Part shown: piece after piece, positions 1 through 11,388 of the stretch
Numbering within the stretch: position 1 is the stretch's first letter
How the letters are laid out: each line of letters starts with the position of its first letter
NCBI GenBank assembly: GCA_964016885.1
Contig: OZ024745.1
Coordinates: 97,712,001-97,776,000, forward strand
DNA: 64,000 nucleotides
From: Eledone cirrhosa
Lineage: Eukaryota
Direction of reading: 5' to 3'
Notes under the pieces: generated by a model
Told to the model about the DNA's origin: nothing
The model's input: the letters and a program-made list of their open reading frames with translations, nothing else
Database searches by the model: none
Program-made: the position numbers and the translations under genes

Positions 1-327
1 CACCAGTCTGAAGGCTCCACCTCCGATACTGTTCACGTCTAGGACTACCAGTCTACCCTCCGGGTCCAAGTGTACTTGCTGTACTCCGACGTCCAGGTTC
101 TTCCGAAACATAACAGCCACTCCACCTCCACCTCCTGGCTGACAGAGAGATGCGTAGATCTCAAAGTCGTCGAAGATGGGGGTTAGTTGCTGCCTGTTGT
201 GGATTCTGGACTCGGTGATGGCTATCACATCCATACTGTGTGACCTAAGGTCGTTTAAAAGTTGGCCCTGTTTCCAGGGCATCCCTAGGCCACGCACATT
301 CACGGTTCCAACTCGTAAACCAGCCAT
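1..327 (-). CDS. LINE ORF2 N-terminus, apurinic-like (APE) endonuclease, partial
   Basis: Hand translation MAGLRVGTVNVRGLGMPWKQGQLLNDLRSHSMDVIAITES...GGGVAVMFRK...DPEGRLVVLDV; open to the window edge; overlaps the ORF1 end by 83 nt. Confidence 0.9.
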   Translation of the reverse strand, partial: MAGLRVGTVNVRGLGMPWKQGQLLNDLRSHSMDVIAITESRIHNRQQLTPIFDDFEIYASLCQPGGGGGVAVMFRKNLDVGVQQVHLDPEGRLVVLDVNSIGGGAFRLV

Positions 328-2233
328 GTTGGTGAAGAAAAGTTGGAGAAAAAGGACGAAAGGTGCTTTTCGTTTCCTGGAGATCGAGTTGTTCAATCTC
401 CATTTGGGTGCTGGATGGGGTGTTGGGTGGGGTGGGGAAACCTTTCAACAGGACGCGGTTGATGGGTTTGTGGCAGGGGTTGCCCACGTCCTGTGAAAAT
501 TTAATTTTCAGGTCTTTATAGGTTTCCATAGAAACCCTTATAAGTTTAAGGTGTGGAGACGATTCTGCCTTGACGAAAGTTTTGCCCTCCGTCTCCACCT
601 TGGGGTTTTGGGAGATGACCTCCATCAAACTCTTGTTGTTTGTGTTGATGTATGCGTATTGTTGTTTGTGTTTTTGTTGTATTGTTTTAGTTTGTTGTTC
701 ATCTGGGAGTTTTCTTTTTATGGTGGGTGCTTGTGTTTGGGGTGGTGTTGGTGCTGGTTTTGCTGATAGGGGGGTGTTTGACTGTGGTGTTGTTTGTGTT
801 GTTGTTTGTGTCTGTGGTTTGGTGTTGGTGATTGGAGTTTTGGGGGTTTTGTGGTGTCTCTTTTTTTGTTTTTTGGATTTCCGCGGTTCTCCCTCTTCTT
901 CACTTAAAGAAGGAGAAGCAGCTTCATCCGTCGATGAATAATCATCGTCAGGTGTGTGGGGTAAGGGTATGTGGTGTGGTGGTGGTGGTGTTTCGGTATG
1001 TGTGTTTGTGGTAGTGTTTGATGGAGTGGGATGGAGTGGGGATGTGTTCTTCAGGGGTGTTGTCTCTGTTTTTTCTGTTGTTGTTGGTTGAGTGTCTGTT
1101 TGTTTTGGTGTGGTTGTTCGTTTCGTCTGTCGTTGTACTTGTGGTGGTGGTGGTGGTTGTTTTGGTGTTGGTGTTGGCAATAGCGTTTTTTTTATGATGT
1201 TGCTGTTGTGTGTTTGTGGACAAGAGGCTTTTAGGTGAGATGTGCTACCACAGCGAAAGCAGTGAAATTTTCTTCCTTCTACCGAAATGTTTATTTTGTT
1301 GTTATTATCAATAACGACTCTTTCGGGTATTTTGGAGATTCTCTCCGGTTTCATTTGCAACAGAATCTCCAAATCGGTGCCCGCCCACCTTTGTCGAATG
1401 GATTTTCGTATCGAAAGTATTATGTCTGTTTCTGGCTCTACGAAGCCAGCCAAGATCCACCAAATGTTAATGCTTGGAGGTATGTTTTTTATTTTTATTT
1501 TTTGTGTCCTTTTCCCCATGTATGTAGGGAAAAAGGTGTATGCTTTTGACACTATTGGTGTCACAGAGTTTTTTTGGGCCAGTGTCTCGCTTTTAAACAG
1601 TACGGAAACACTTCCGTACTGTTTTCCTCGCTGGAGAAAATCGACATTTCCTAGAATCTCCTTGAAAGAATCTTCTATATCTGACTGATTAACAAATGTC
1701 GGTTTTCTTGACGAATTTGACACAGTCCTAAAAGTGACTGATCGGCGGTTTGTGTCTTCCTTTATTTCAAGGGGTGAGTTAATTCCAAACCCACCTCTTT
1801 CTTCGAAAGTTACAAATTTTCTCCCTTGCTGGAGCATATCTCTTGCGTTGGAGATATCAAGATTTATAAAATCTTGTTTCTTGTTGACTGTGTCAGCAAA
1901 AGACATTTTCTTTTTTTGTGTGATGTTGTTGTTAATAATGATGTTATCGTTGTTGGAAATTTTATGTGTAGATGTATCTGTAGAGTTGTTGATGTCTTTT
2001 TCATGTGTATGTATGTCAATGGGTTTTTTTGCCGTGTTTTCCCGTGTGTTATTGTCATTTTTCTCCGCTTCGGCGGTAGAAATTGTAACATTTTCAAATG
2101 TTGATATATTTTTTTCTTTTGTGACAGTATCTATGGCAACGTCCATAGCAGCAGAAGCAGATATAACGTTAATATCTGCCTCTTTCTCTCTCTTTTCACT
2201 ATTAACGTTCTCCAACGTTCTAGTGTTGCTCAA
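245..2233 (-). CDS. LINE ORF1 gag-like nucleic-acid-binding protein (true start uncertain, track start is TTG)
   Basis: 662 open codons; zinc knuckle CFRCGSTSHLKASC; SFADTV motif; low-complexity P/T-rich C-terminal half. Confidence 0.85.
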   Translation of the reverse strand: MSNTRTLENVNSEKREKEADINVISASAAMDVAIDTVTKEKNISTFENVTISTAEAEKNDNNTRENTAKKPIDIHTHEKDINNSTDTSTHKISNNDNIIINNNITQKKKMSFADTVNKKQDFINLDISNARDMLQQGRKFVTFEERGGFGINSPLEIKEDTNRRSVTFRTVSNSSRKPTFVNQSDIEDSFKEILGNVDFLQRGKQYGSVSVLFKSETLAQKNSVTPIVSKAYTFFPTYMGKRTQKIKIKNIPPSINIWWILAGFVEPETDIILSIRKSIRQRWAGTDLEILLQMKPERISKIPERVVIDNNNKINISVEGRKFHCFRCGSTSHLKASCPQTHNSNIIKKTLLPTPTPKQPPPPPQVQRQTKRTTTPKQTDTQPTTTEKTETTPLKNTSPLHPTPSNTTTNTHTETPPPPHHIPLPHTPDDDYSSTDEAASPSLSEEEGEPRKSKKQKKRHHKTPKTPITNTKPQTQTTTQTTPQSNTPLSAKPAPTPPQTQAPTIKRKLPDEQQTKTIQQKHKQQYAYINTNNKSLMEVISQNPKVETEGKTFVKAESSPHLKLIRVSMETYKDLKIKFSQDVGNPCHKPINRVLLKGFPTPPNTPSSTQMEIEQLDLQETKSTFRPFSPTFLHQHGWFTSWNRECAWPRDALETGPTFKRP

Positions 2234-2448
2234 GTTTTTTTTTACTTTGTAAAATTTGATATTTTAAGACAAACTTTTAAATAACATTTTTGCCCCTACA
2301 GGGGCGAAAAATGGGATTACCACCCAGCTGACAATTCAGCTTGGGGGTTAATCTACAAAGTGTTGTATTTTTTTCAAACAATTAGATCGGATTTTTGCAT
2401 AGAAATTAACAAAAAACTTACCGGCGATATTCCACACGTTAGACAGAA

Positions 2449-2482
2449 AGATAGATAGATAGATAAATAGATAGATAGATAA

Positions 2483-2531
<49 letters not shown>
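2449..2531. repeat. (GATA)n microsatellite at the Tx1 5' junction
   Basis: Direct reading. Confidence 0.95.
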
Positions 2532-2625
2532 ACGAAAAAAAAATTCAGGTTGAAAAGTTGTTCCAGCTAACGAAACGTATGTTCCTGTTATTTTTCATTG
2601 CAGTATTGGTCTTATGTGAAAGCAT

Positions 2626-3098
2626 GTGGCTTTGTGGTTAGGATATTCGGCTCACAATCGTAAGGTCGTGAGTTTGATTCCCGGTGGTGCAATGTCCAAG
2701 ACACTTTATTTCACAGTACCAGTAATGCACTGGGTAATTGCTGACCTTGTGCCAAAAGTAGAAACAATTAATTTTGGCGGTATCGGTAGAGGGTTGGACG
2801 CCCTGCTTTGCAGCAGAGAGTTATGGCCATTTACGGTCTGAGTTCAAATCCTGCAGGATTCCCGGTGGTGCAATGTCCAAGACACTTTATTTCACAGTAC
2901 CAGTAATGCACTGGGTAATTGCTGACTTTGTGCCAAAAGTAGAAACAATTAATTTTGGTGGTATCGGTAGAGGGTCGGACGCCCTGCTTTGCAGCAAAGA
3001 GTTATGGGCCTTTATGGTCTGAGTTCAAATCCCGCCGAGGTAAACTTTGCCTTTCATCCTTACGGGGTCGATAAAATAAAGTAGCAGTAATGCACGGG
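2626..3098 (+). mobile_element. Composite of two tRNA-derived SINE families with an internal ~180-bp tandem duplication
   Basis: Head matches the SINE at 40399; the rest matches the main SINE (GAGTTCAAATCC B box, GCCTTTCATCCTTACGGGGTCGATAAAA core). Confidence 0.75.
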
Positions 3099-3104
3099 GA
3101 TATA

Positions 3105-3306
3105 TATGTGTTTAGGTTTGATGGTTCACCACTGGATAGAATTGGTCATTCCGTATGGTCAATCTTGATGTAATATTATGGAGAGTACTCAACGTCGTGC
3201 AGTTCACTCGTCTTCGTTTGTGTAGTTGGTGGTGCGAATACGGAGTTAATTATTATAAATAAAATAACAGGAGGCTGGACTGGTGTAAATCCTTGAAAAG
3301 TTTATT
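3105..3306 (-). mobile_element. PLE-type 3' terminal tail downstream of a hammerhead
   Basis: Homologous copy at 54053-54215 (+) and partial copy at 54643-54675; follows the HHR at 3307-3364 on the same strand. Confidence 0.6.
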
Positions 3307-3364
3307 ATACTATGATCATTTCAATGACCGGGTTCCGTATGAATCCGGTGATATCATCAGGTAT
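3307..3364 (-). ncRNA. Type I hammerhead ribozyme motif
   Basis: AUAC-CUGAUGA-[stem II ACCGG/CCGGU]-GAAA-UGAUCA-UA-GUAU; palindromic stem III. Confidence 0.75.
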
Positions 3365-3537
3365 TCGAAATATAACAAAGGAATATATAAAATCCATGGG
3401 TCCGAAAATCAGAGACAGAGAGGACGACTGACCAACTAGCTGCTTTCACCTCGGTCAGTCGCCCTCAAGTGAGGGCAACTCGGTCTACTAATGACCATCT
3501 GGTCACTACCACCTCTCCCTCAGAGAATAAAAAAATA

Positions 3538-3614
<77 letters not shown>

Positions 3615-5028
3615 AGAAAAGTCAGCGTAAGGGTCACACTACATTCAAGCTAGAAGACGCCGCGAAAAATGTTATTCCAAAGTACCCATATTTTAACAAA
3701 GGCATATATATGGGTGTCTGTATGGTCTAATGTGTGAACAGAAAATTGGAACGTTAACTTATGTTAAGAGTTATAGGATGAAATTAAATTATTAGAAAAT
3801 TAATAGAAAATTAAAGGTTTGTGTTGTGAGATTTATTTATTGAAATTACAGAGAGAGTCTTATATGAAAAAGTTTAAGTGTATTATTGGGAATCTCGATA
3901 AGTTATCAAGGTGGGGTTAGAGTAAAGATAAAAGCTTTCGATTGTAAATCCCAGCCAGCATCTCCTAACCACGTGTCAGCCAGTTTCGTCTAGCGAAATA
4001 AATGGAAATTAATTTTTCCGAGTACTCTAGGAACGTAACTGCGATAGGCTTCGGGTGTGCTAGCGGGAAGTCAACCAGCTTCTACAGGCCATCGTCTATA
4101 CCAAACGAATGCTATTAATTCAGACAAGAAGGGTTTATTTACGTGCTAGCAGAGGGACGCATGGTACAGCTAACCGTTATGCCTAAGCCTAGAGTTTATA
4201 GGTATGAGTATAATGTGGCGGTCAAAACAGGCGGTGCAGTAGGCCCCGGGGCAAATCGATCCGCACCGAGTAGTTTCGTTTACCGAAGAGGGGAAATTTA
4301 TTTTTCCAAGCACACAATTTATTTATTAATTATTTATTTATTTGTGATTTTCTGCTTATTATTCCTTACTCAGGTCATTATGCACCATTCATAGCTCCCT
4401 ACCCACCAATGAACCACACTACTTATAACCCGGAATAACTGGGACTTAAAAATAATTATAGTCTATTGGCACTTTTCATTGAGTTTTACCATTTTCGACT
4501 GATGTGGTGGATTTCCAGGCTGTGCTACCAGCATTGTTGTTATACAGTAACAGGGCAAAATCTCTCTTCCTTTACTTGACACCTTATATCTGTATTAATA
4601 CTACCACACCAAGCCATCAGCCCTGTCCATTGTTCAACTGGTCAAATATAAATTAAAATCGGCACTCCCAAAAATTCTTATTTAGATAAAATAAGCCATA
4701 TACTCATTGTATTCTCATTAAAAACCTTTTATACACTTGTTTACCAGCAAATTGAATCGCCAGCAAATTGAATGGCCATCTGTCATATACTTTCCCCTCT
4801 CCTCTTCTTTTCTTACAACTAATATAAATACTTTGATTTTTCTGATTTTTTCCAATTTATCCAATATCTCTGAAGAAGTGACAACTGATTATACATTTGC
4901 TATCGATTACGTGCTAATATTATATGATTACACAAGCAGCGATACATAGGTATTCCGTCTGTTACAGAAACATATGTCAATACCTAATAGATTCCTTTAT
5001 AAAAGCACTTTCATTTTATATTCATCTT

Positions 5029-5092
<64 letters not shown>

Positions 5093-5374
5093 GAAAAGTA
5101 TAGAAAACATTGTAGCAAAAAGCCAACAGTATTCCATAATATTTAAGTGACTATAGCGTCAAAATGGGAAATATATATATATATCAACTAGAAATAGATT
5201 GACATATATATATATATATAAAATAAACATATGAAACAATCACAGGGAATAATTTGTAAAGTGTGTAAGCACACATAGCTAGGTAGGTAACTAATTAATG
5301 TTTAACTAGAACTTCAAATATAGATACCTTTAATTTAATTTTGGATATTTATATATATATATATATTTAATTTT

Positions 5375-5432
<58 letters not shown>

Positions 5433-5434
<2 letters not shown>

Positions 5435-6510
5435 TAGCAGCAGTACCCAGCGTTGCCTGGGTAGGTAAAATAATATCTGCCTTGATGAAAAGGTGTTGAT
5501 CTTAGCGACTGCTTCTCGATGAGTCATCTATGGCCACACACAGGCCATGCGGAGGAGGGTGATGATGACCCCTATCACTGAGAAACGCGGGTGACTGACG
5601 AAGGGGCATGCTGGGGGCGGGAGGTAATGACCTCTAACAGTAAGCCAAATTTCCTCACGCTACTTGATTGGAAACCGATGAATTCTCAAATACACAACTA
5701 AAAGCTCAGACGACGTCAGTGGCCATTGTTTTGCCTTTGACCATCTATAAGATGTGCAATGATAGGTTCTATCGTAGTATAAAAGTTGAAGCAAATAAAT
5801 TGATTTATGTGTGAGGTGGAGCCGAATTTCGAATTTGAACGAAATCGGTTGAAAAATGTGGGAGCTAATGATAGGTTCTATCGAAGTATAAAAGTTGAAA
5901 AATGTGGGAGCTAGAGCTGAATATGCGGAAATTTGAGCGAAAAGGTTGTATTTTCGAATATTTAAGCGGCTGCCACGCCTTTCCTAAACAAAAGATCCAA
6001 AATGTAAAGCTACTTTAAGACGTGAAATTATCAGATCTGGCGTAGTGTAAAATTTGAACAAAGTAGGTTGATTAATGTGGGAGCTAGAGCCGAAAAAGTG
6101 GAAATTTGAGTATAAAAGTGGTATTTTTGAATATCTAAGCAGCTGCCACGTCGTCACTGAACAACAAATCCAAAATATAAAGCCATTACACGATGTGCAA
6201 TGATAAATTCTATTTTGCTTTAAAATTTGAACGAAATCGGTGGCAAAATGTGGGAACTAGAGCCAAAAATCTTAATTTTCGATTCCTAAAAAAAGGTGAC
6301 CCCCCCCCCCCCCCCCGCCTATCGATTTTTATCTGCAGAATGACCACGGAATAAAAAAAAACGATCCGCTGATATATAGAAAACACTTCCCGATGACTAA
6401 TCTATGAACCTGTAAAGTTTCATGAAAATCGGTCGTAAGATGTAGGCCCCTATAGATAATACACAGACACACATACACACACACATACTTAATTTTATAT
6501 ATATACAGAT
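5433..6510 (+). mobile_element. Non-autonomous Helitron/Helentron-like (HINE/DINE-type) element
   Basis: ACTAG start, subterminal hairpin CCCAGCGTTGCCTGGG, internal degenerate tandem repeats, (CA)n then TATATACAGAT end; second copy at 45317-46025. Confidence 0.65.
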
Positions 6511-6563
6511 ATATACACATATATACACATATACACGCACATACACACATACATACATGCACT

Positions 6564-6615
<52 letters not shown>

Positions 6616-6662
6616 CATAGATATACATACATATATACATACATATATACACATACATATAC

Positions 6663-6707
<45 letters not shown>

Positions 6708-6710
<3 letters not shown>

Positions 6711-7074
6711 TCATCATCAGGTCGAGCTTGCTCGGCTTTCTCCCACACGTTTCCTTCATCCATCTCTGTCTCTCATGGCGTTTGCCAGTTCTTCCGCAGT
6801 GCATTCAATATCGTCCTCAAGTTGCTTGACGTATGTCTTCTTGGGACGACCAGCGTTTCTTGCTCCATGAGATGGACTCCATAACAACACATCACCTGCT
6901 ATTTCTTCCTTGCTGCGCCAACAGTGGCCAGCAAATCTCAGGCACTGTCCACGTATTGACCTGCTGATAGGTGGTATATTGCCATAGAGATCCTTATTTG
7001 TTGGGTGTTCCCTCCAAGACACGTTTAAAGCAGCGCGGAGCATACGTGTGTATGCCCCGTCTAGCTTTTTCTCC
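6708..7074 (-). pseudogene. RTE-clade LINE 3' fragment (RT C-terminal region) with (GAT)n tail
   Basis: [20 protein letters not shown]...RFAGHCWR...LLWSP..GRPKKTY...AMRDRDGW. Confidence 0.8.
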
Positions 7075-7127
7075 ATATATACAGTACACATATATACATA
7101 TATACACACACACATACACATACACAG

Positions 7128-7158
<31 letters not shown>

Positions 7159-7277
7159 CATATACATACACATACAAATACACACATACATACACTCATA
7201 CATACATAAATATATAAGTAAATACACACAAACACACACATATCCAAATATATTCATATATACATATATACATATAC

Positions 7278-7369
<92 letters not shown>

Positions 7370-7635
7370 GGAATAGAATGAAACGAAATTTCATTTCTCA
7401 CTCTTAGTACGGCACTTACTTAAATGTAAGTATGCATGTATACGTACATACATATATGTATACAGACGTACAGTAGTATGTATATATATACATACATGCA
7501 CACATATATATATGCACGTATCGGTTTACCGAACATTTATTATAATGCTCGGTTTGTTTGTTTGTAAACAAACAAACAGCCCGAATTACGCCGTACAGTG
7601 TTTAGGCACCTTTTTGTTCAACACAGACACAGGAA

Positions 7636-7676
7636 CGATGTACTAGTTTCAAGCTTATTAGCTATCATCAGCATCG
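7636..7676 (-). ncRNA. Minimal type I hammerhead ribozyme
   Basis: CGAUG-CUGAUGA-uAGCUaauaAGCUu-GAAA-CUAG-UA-CAUCG. Confidence 0.85.
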
Positions 7677-8140
7677 TATACCTTCCTGCCAGATGGTTGA
7701 ACGTCTGAAAGTATATACTTTCCTTATGCATATTAACGGCTGAGCAGCCTAATTTACATATCGATTGAGTTCAGTCGGCTGGGCGCACCGAAAACGATAA
7801 ATGGAATAGAATGAAACGAAATTTAATTTCTCACTCTTAGTACGGCACTTACTTAAATGTATGTATGTATGTATGTATGTATGTATACGTACATACATAT
7901 ATGTATACAGACGTACAGTAGTATGTATATATATACATACATGCACACATATATATATGCACGTATGGGTTTACCGAACATTTATTATAATGCTCGGTTT
8001 GTTTGTTTGTAAACATTTATCGTTTTCGGTGCGCTCAGCCGACTGAACTCACTCGATATGCAAATTAGGCTGCTCAGCCGTTAATATGCATAAGGAAAGT
8101 ATATACTTTCAGACGTTCAACCATCTGGCAGGAAGGTATA

Positions 8141-8181
8141 CGATGCTGACGATAGTTAATAAGCTTGAAACTAGTACATCG
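8141..8181 (+). ncRNA. Minimal type I hammerhead ribozyme
   Basis: CGAUG-CUGACGA-uAGUUaauaAGCUu-GAAA-CUAG-UA-CAUCG. Confidence 0.85.
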
Positions 8182-8705
8182 TTCCTGAGTCAGTGTTGAA
8201 CAAAAAGGTGACGTGGTTGCCTAAACACTGTACGGCGTAATTCGGGCTGTTTGTTTGTTTACAAACAAACCGAGCATTATAATAAATGTTCGGTAAACCG
8301 ATACGTGCATATATATATGTGTGCATGTATGTATATATATACATACTACTGTACGTCTGTATACATATATGTATGTACGTATACATATATACATACTTAC
8401 ATTTAAGTAAGTGCCGTACTAAGAGTGAGAAATGAAATTTCGTTTCATTCTATTCCATTTATCGTTTTCGGTGCGCCCAGCCGACTGAACTCATTCGATA
8501 TGCAAATTAGGCTGCTCAGCCGTTAATATGCATAAGGAAAGGATATATATACATATACATACATATACATCTGTGTATATGTGTATATTTATGAGTACAT
8601 GTATGTATTTGTGTGAGTGGCTGTACGTATGTATGCGTATGTTTGTGTGTACGTGCGTTTATATATACCTGCATATGGGTATGTATGTGTATGTTTGTGT
8701 GTATA

Positions 8706-8741
<36 letters not shown>

Positions 8742-8829
8742 TGTATGTGTATGTCCGTATATATGTGTATATGTATGTATGTGTATGTATGTGTTTGTAT
8801 ATGTATATATGTATGTATATGTGTATATA

Positions 8830-8878
<49 letters not shown>

Positions 8879-9007
8879 GTGTGTGTATATGTATATATAT
8901 GTGTATATATGTGTGTGTATGTATGTATTTATATATATGTATATATTTGTATATATGTGTTTTTATTTATATATGTGTGTATATATATGTATGTATATAT
9001 ATATATA

Positions 9008-9369
9008 AATGGAAAAAATGAAACGAAATTTCATTTCTCACTCTTAGTAAGGCTGTTACTTAAATATAAGTATGTATATTTACATATATGTATACAGACG
9101 TACAGTAGTATGTATATATATACATACATGCACACATATATATATGTACGTATGGATTTACCGAGCATTATAATAATGCTCGGTTTGATTGTAAACAAAC
9201 ATACCGAATTAAGCCGTACAGTGTTTAGCAACCATCGTTGCCCTTTTGTTCAACACTGACAAAGGAACGATGTACTAGTTTCAAGCTTATTAGCTATCGC
9301 CAGCACCGTATACCTTCCTGCCAGATGATTGAACGTCTGAAAGTATATACTTTCCTTATGCATATTAAC
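9008..9369 (-). mobile_element. Further partial retrozyme-like unit with mutated HHR (9268-9308, core CUGGCGA)
   Basis: Colinear with 7366-7737. Confidence 0.75.
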
Positions 9370-9753
9370 ATTGTCTACAAATGTAAGGTTGTAACACCCA
9401 CGTCCCGTAGGGCCTACATAGGGTTAACCGCCAATAGTTTCAAGCAGCGTCTTTACATGCATACCCATTCTTTTCGTTACCCTCTAAGAAGGAATATGAC
9501 GTCACTTTCAGCTTATATCTGGAGTCTAAAAGACAACCACACCCAATATAAATTACACTGGGAGATCCTAGCTAGGGCTAGATCGTATAACGGAAATAAA
9601 AGACCATGTGACCTCTGCGCCGCTGAGGCCCTGGAAATACTCTACGCTACAGACCACATCTTAAACAAAAAATCTGAGGCAATTTCGGCTTGTAAACATA
9701 AATTGCACAAAACTTTCCTGTATTACAGCCCCACGTTATACCCTAACGGATAG
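9367..9753 (+). pseudogene. PLE GIY-YIG endonuclease fragment
   Basis: NIVYKC..AYIGLTANSFKQRLYMH..W..CDLC..E...LNKKSE..CKH aligns by eye with the C-terminus of ORF 56822-59083. Confidence 0.9.
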
Positions 9754-10686
9754 CACGATCTATACGTGGATATTTTACGTCTTGATGTGGGAGCTAAGTA
9801 TATGTTTTGTTTATTCCTTTACTTATTTGCATAGGTAAGTATATATTACCCGTATGTTTTGTGAAGGTATGTATACCTTATCGTACGTATATTTGACTGT
9901 TATAGCGTATAATTTTTACATATTCTGGTATTTAGGGTTTGGCTATGTGTATACGGGAGTTTTGCGTCCGCGTGAGTGTGCAGGTTCGTACGTATGGTGG
10001 GTGTGTGTATATGTGTACTTCTTGTTTTAGTTGACTTACGTCTCCGAACATTCGTGTATTTATATGTAGGTATGCGTGTGCGCTTGTTATATACGTATTT
10101 ATTTACTTATATACGTTTATATAATTATTTATTTATTTGTACACAAACACATACACACATATTTATATGTGCGTGGTTTTGTATACCCATGGTAAGGTTT
10201 TGCGTATGCTTGTGTATGTTCGTATCTGTTTGCGTGTACGTATTTATTTGTTTCTATTACTTCTGTATTGTATTTATTTACTTTGTTCTTAACTCTGTAG
10301 CGGAGATTCATTTGGTCTCCTAGTTAGAATTTTAGTCTACGATTTCTGCTATACCATTTACGTGGTTTTGTCTTTGCGTGCTATTGTTCTCCACGCTCCA
10401 CATATGACTTATTATCTTCGTTTTTTCGTTCATTGCCAGAGAACGTCTCTATGCACCACCTAAGAGAACATTAGTCTACGACCTCTTTTATACCATAAAC
10501 GTGGTTTTGTCTTTGCGCGTAATTGTTTTTCACCACTCCTATTAATGACGTATTATTCGTTTTTTCCCGTTCTTTGCCAGCGAACGTTACCACGAACCAA
10601 AGTATCGTCTTCCTGTCTTCCTCCGGTTGCAACGTTTTTTGAAATATCCAGTTCTGAAATATCTGCGTTTACAGATTGCCTTTGTT

Positions 10687-10737
10687 AGTTTCAGAAGATC
10701 CCGTTAAGGGTGAAAGCAGCGATTCTTTGCTTAAACT
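10687..10737 (+). ncRNA. Hammerhead-like motif with variant core CAGAAGA
   Basis: AGUUU-CAGAAGA-uCCCguuaaGGGu-GAAA-GCA..UGC-UU-AAACU; same core in the copy at ~52209-52259 (-). Confidence 0.55.
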
Positions 10738-10918
10738 TTAATCTGTTATTTTAATAAATATTTGCTCTACGGTTCTTATATATTTGATATATATTTTCCT
10801 TATCGAGCCCTCTTTGGATTTTAGTCTTCAATTTTATTATTATTACTCTCTCTATATATATATATATGATAATAAGGGCGCTGCGGAGTTGCAAATGGGT
10901 TACATATGAAAAAAGTTT

Positions 10919-11003
10919 GTCCTTCATCAGTGATCTTCCAACTATCATAGGTATTTCATCGCTTTAAAGACCATATACCTCCGGTTGGTGCGAGCAACGG
11001 CTA
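10919..11003 (-). ncRNA. Reverse-order hammerhead-like motif, copy 1 (5'-truncated)
   Basis: GGUAU-A-UGGUCUU ... GCGAU-GAAA-UACC ... AAGAUCA-CUGAUGA-AGGAC. Confidence 0.6.
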
Positions 11004-11010
11004 AAAAAAG

Positions 11011-11048
<38 letters not shown>

Positions 11049-11078
11049 CTAGTCTATATATGTGTATGTGTATGTATA

Positions 11079-11117
<39 letters not shown>

Positions 11118-11342
11118 GTATATGTGTGTGTATGTGTGTTTGTGTGTATTTACTTATATATTTATGTATGTATGTGTGTATTTGTATTTGTATGTATGTA
11201 TATGTATATATATATATATATGTATACATATACATACAAATACAAATACACACATACATATGTATGTATATGTATGTATATATATGCATGTATGTGCGTA
11301 TGTGCGTGCATATGTGTATATATATATGTGTGTATATATATG

Positions 11343-11388
<46 letters not shown>

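Larger units (their letters stand above)
1..2445 (-). mobile_element. Tx1/L1-clade non-LTR retrotransposon, 5' part (5'UTR, ORF1, start of ORF2); continues off the left edge
   Basis: ORF1 with CCHC knuckle overlaps an APE-endonuclease ORF2; the 5' end abuts (GATA)n; a homologous copy lies at 15093-17345. Confidence 0.9.
7366..8541. mobile_element. Retrozyme-like ~433-442 nt non-coding unit: ~1.5 tandem units on minus, then ~1.2 tandem units on plus
   Basis: 7366 repeats at 7799; 8014 repeats at 8456; the two arrays are reverse complements with different start points; one HHR per unit. Confidence 0.7.
9367..10850 (+). mobile_element. 5'-truncated Penelope-like element (GIY-YIG end, 3'UTR, HHR variant, (TA)n)
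   Basis: EN fragment 9367-9753; terminal part recurs at 52189-52412 and 51535-51580. Confidence 0.8.

Noticed and set aside
3423-3465. Hairpin with CTGA and GAAA on the minus strand
   Set aside because: Core spacing is wrong and the pairing competes with a hammerhead fold; treated as a simple inverted repeat.
8528-9021. Many YI/CV/HT-repeat ORFs here and throughout the window
   Set aside because: Translations of (TA)n, (TG)n and (CA)n microsatellites.
9238-9366. N-terminal 43 aa of ORF 9238-9753 as real protein
   Set aside because: It is the antisense of the hammerhead repeat; EN homology starts at 9367.
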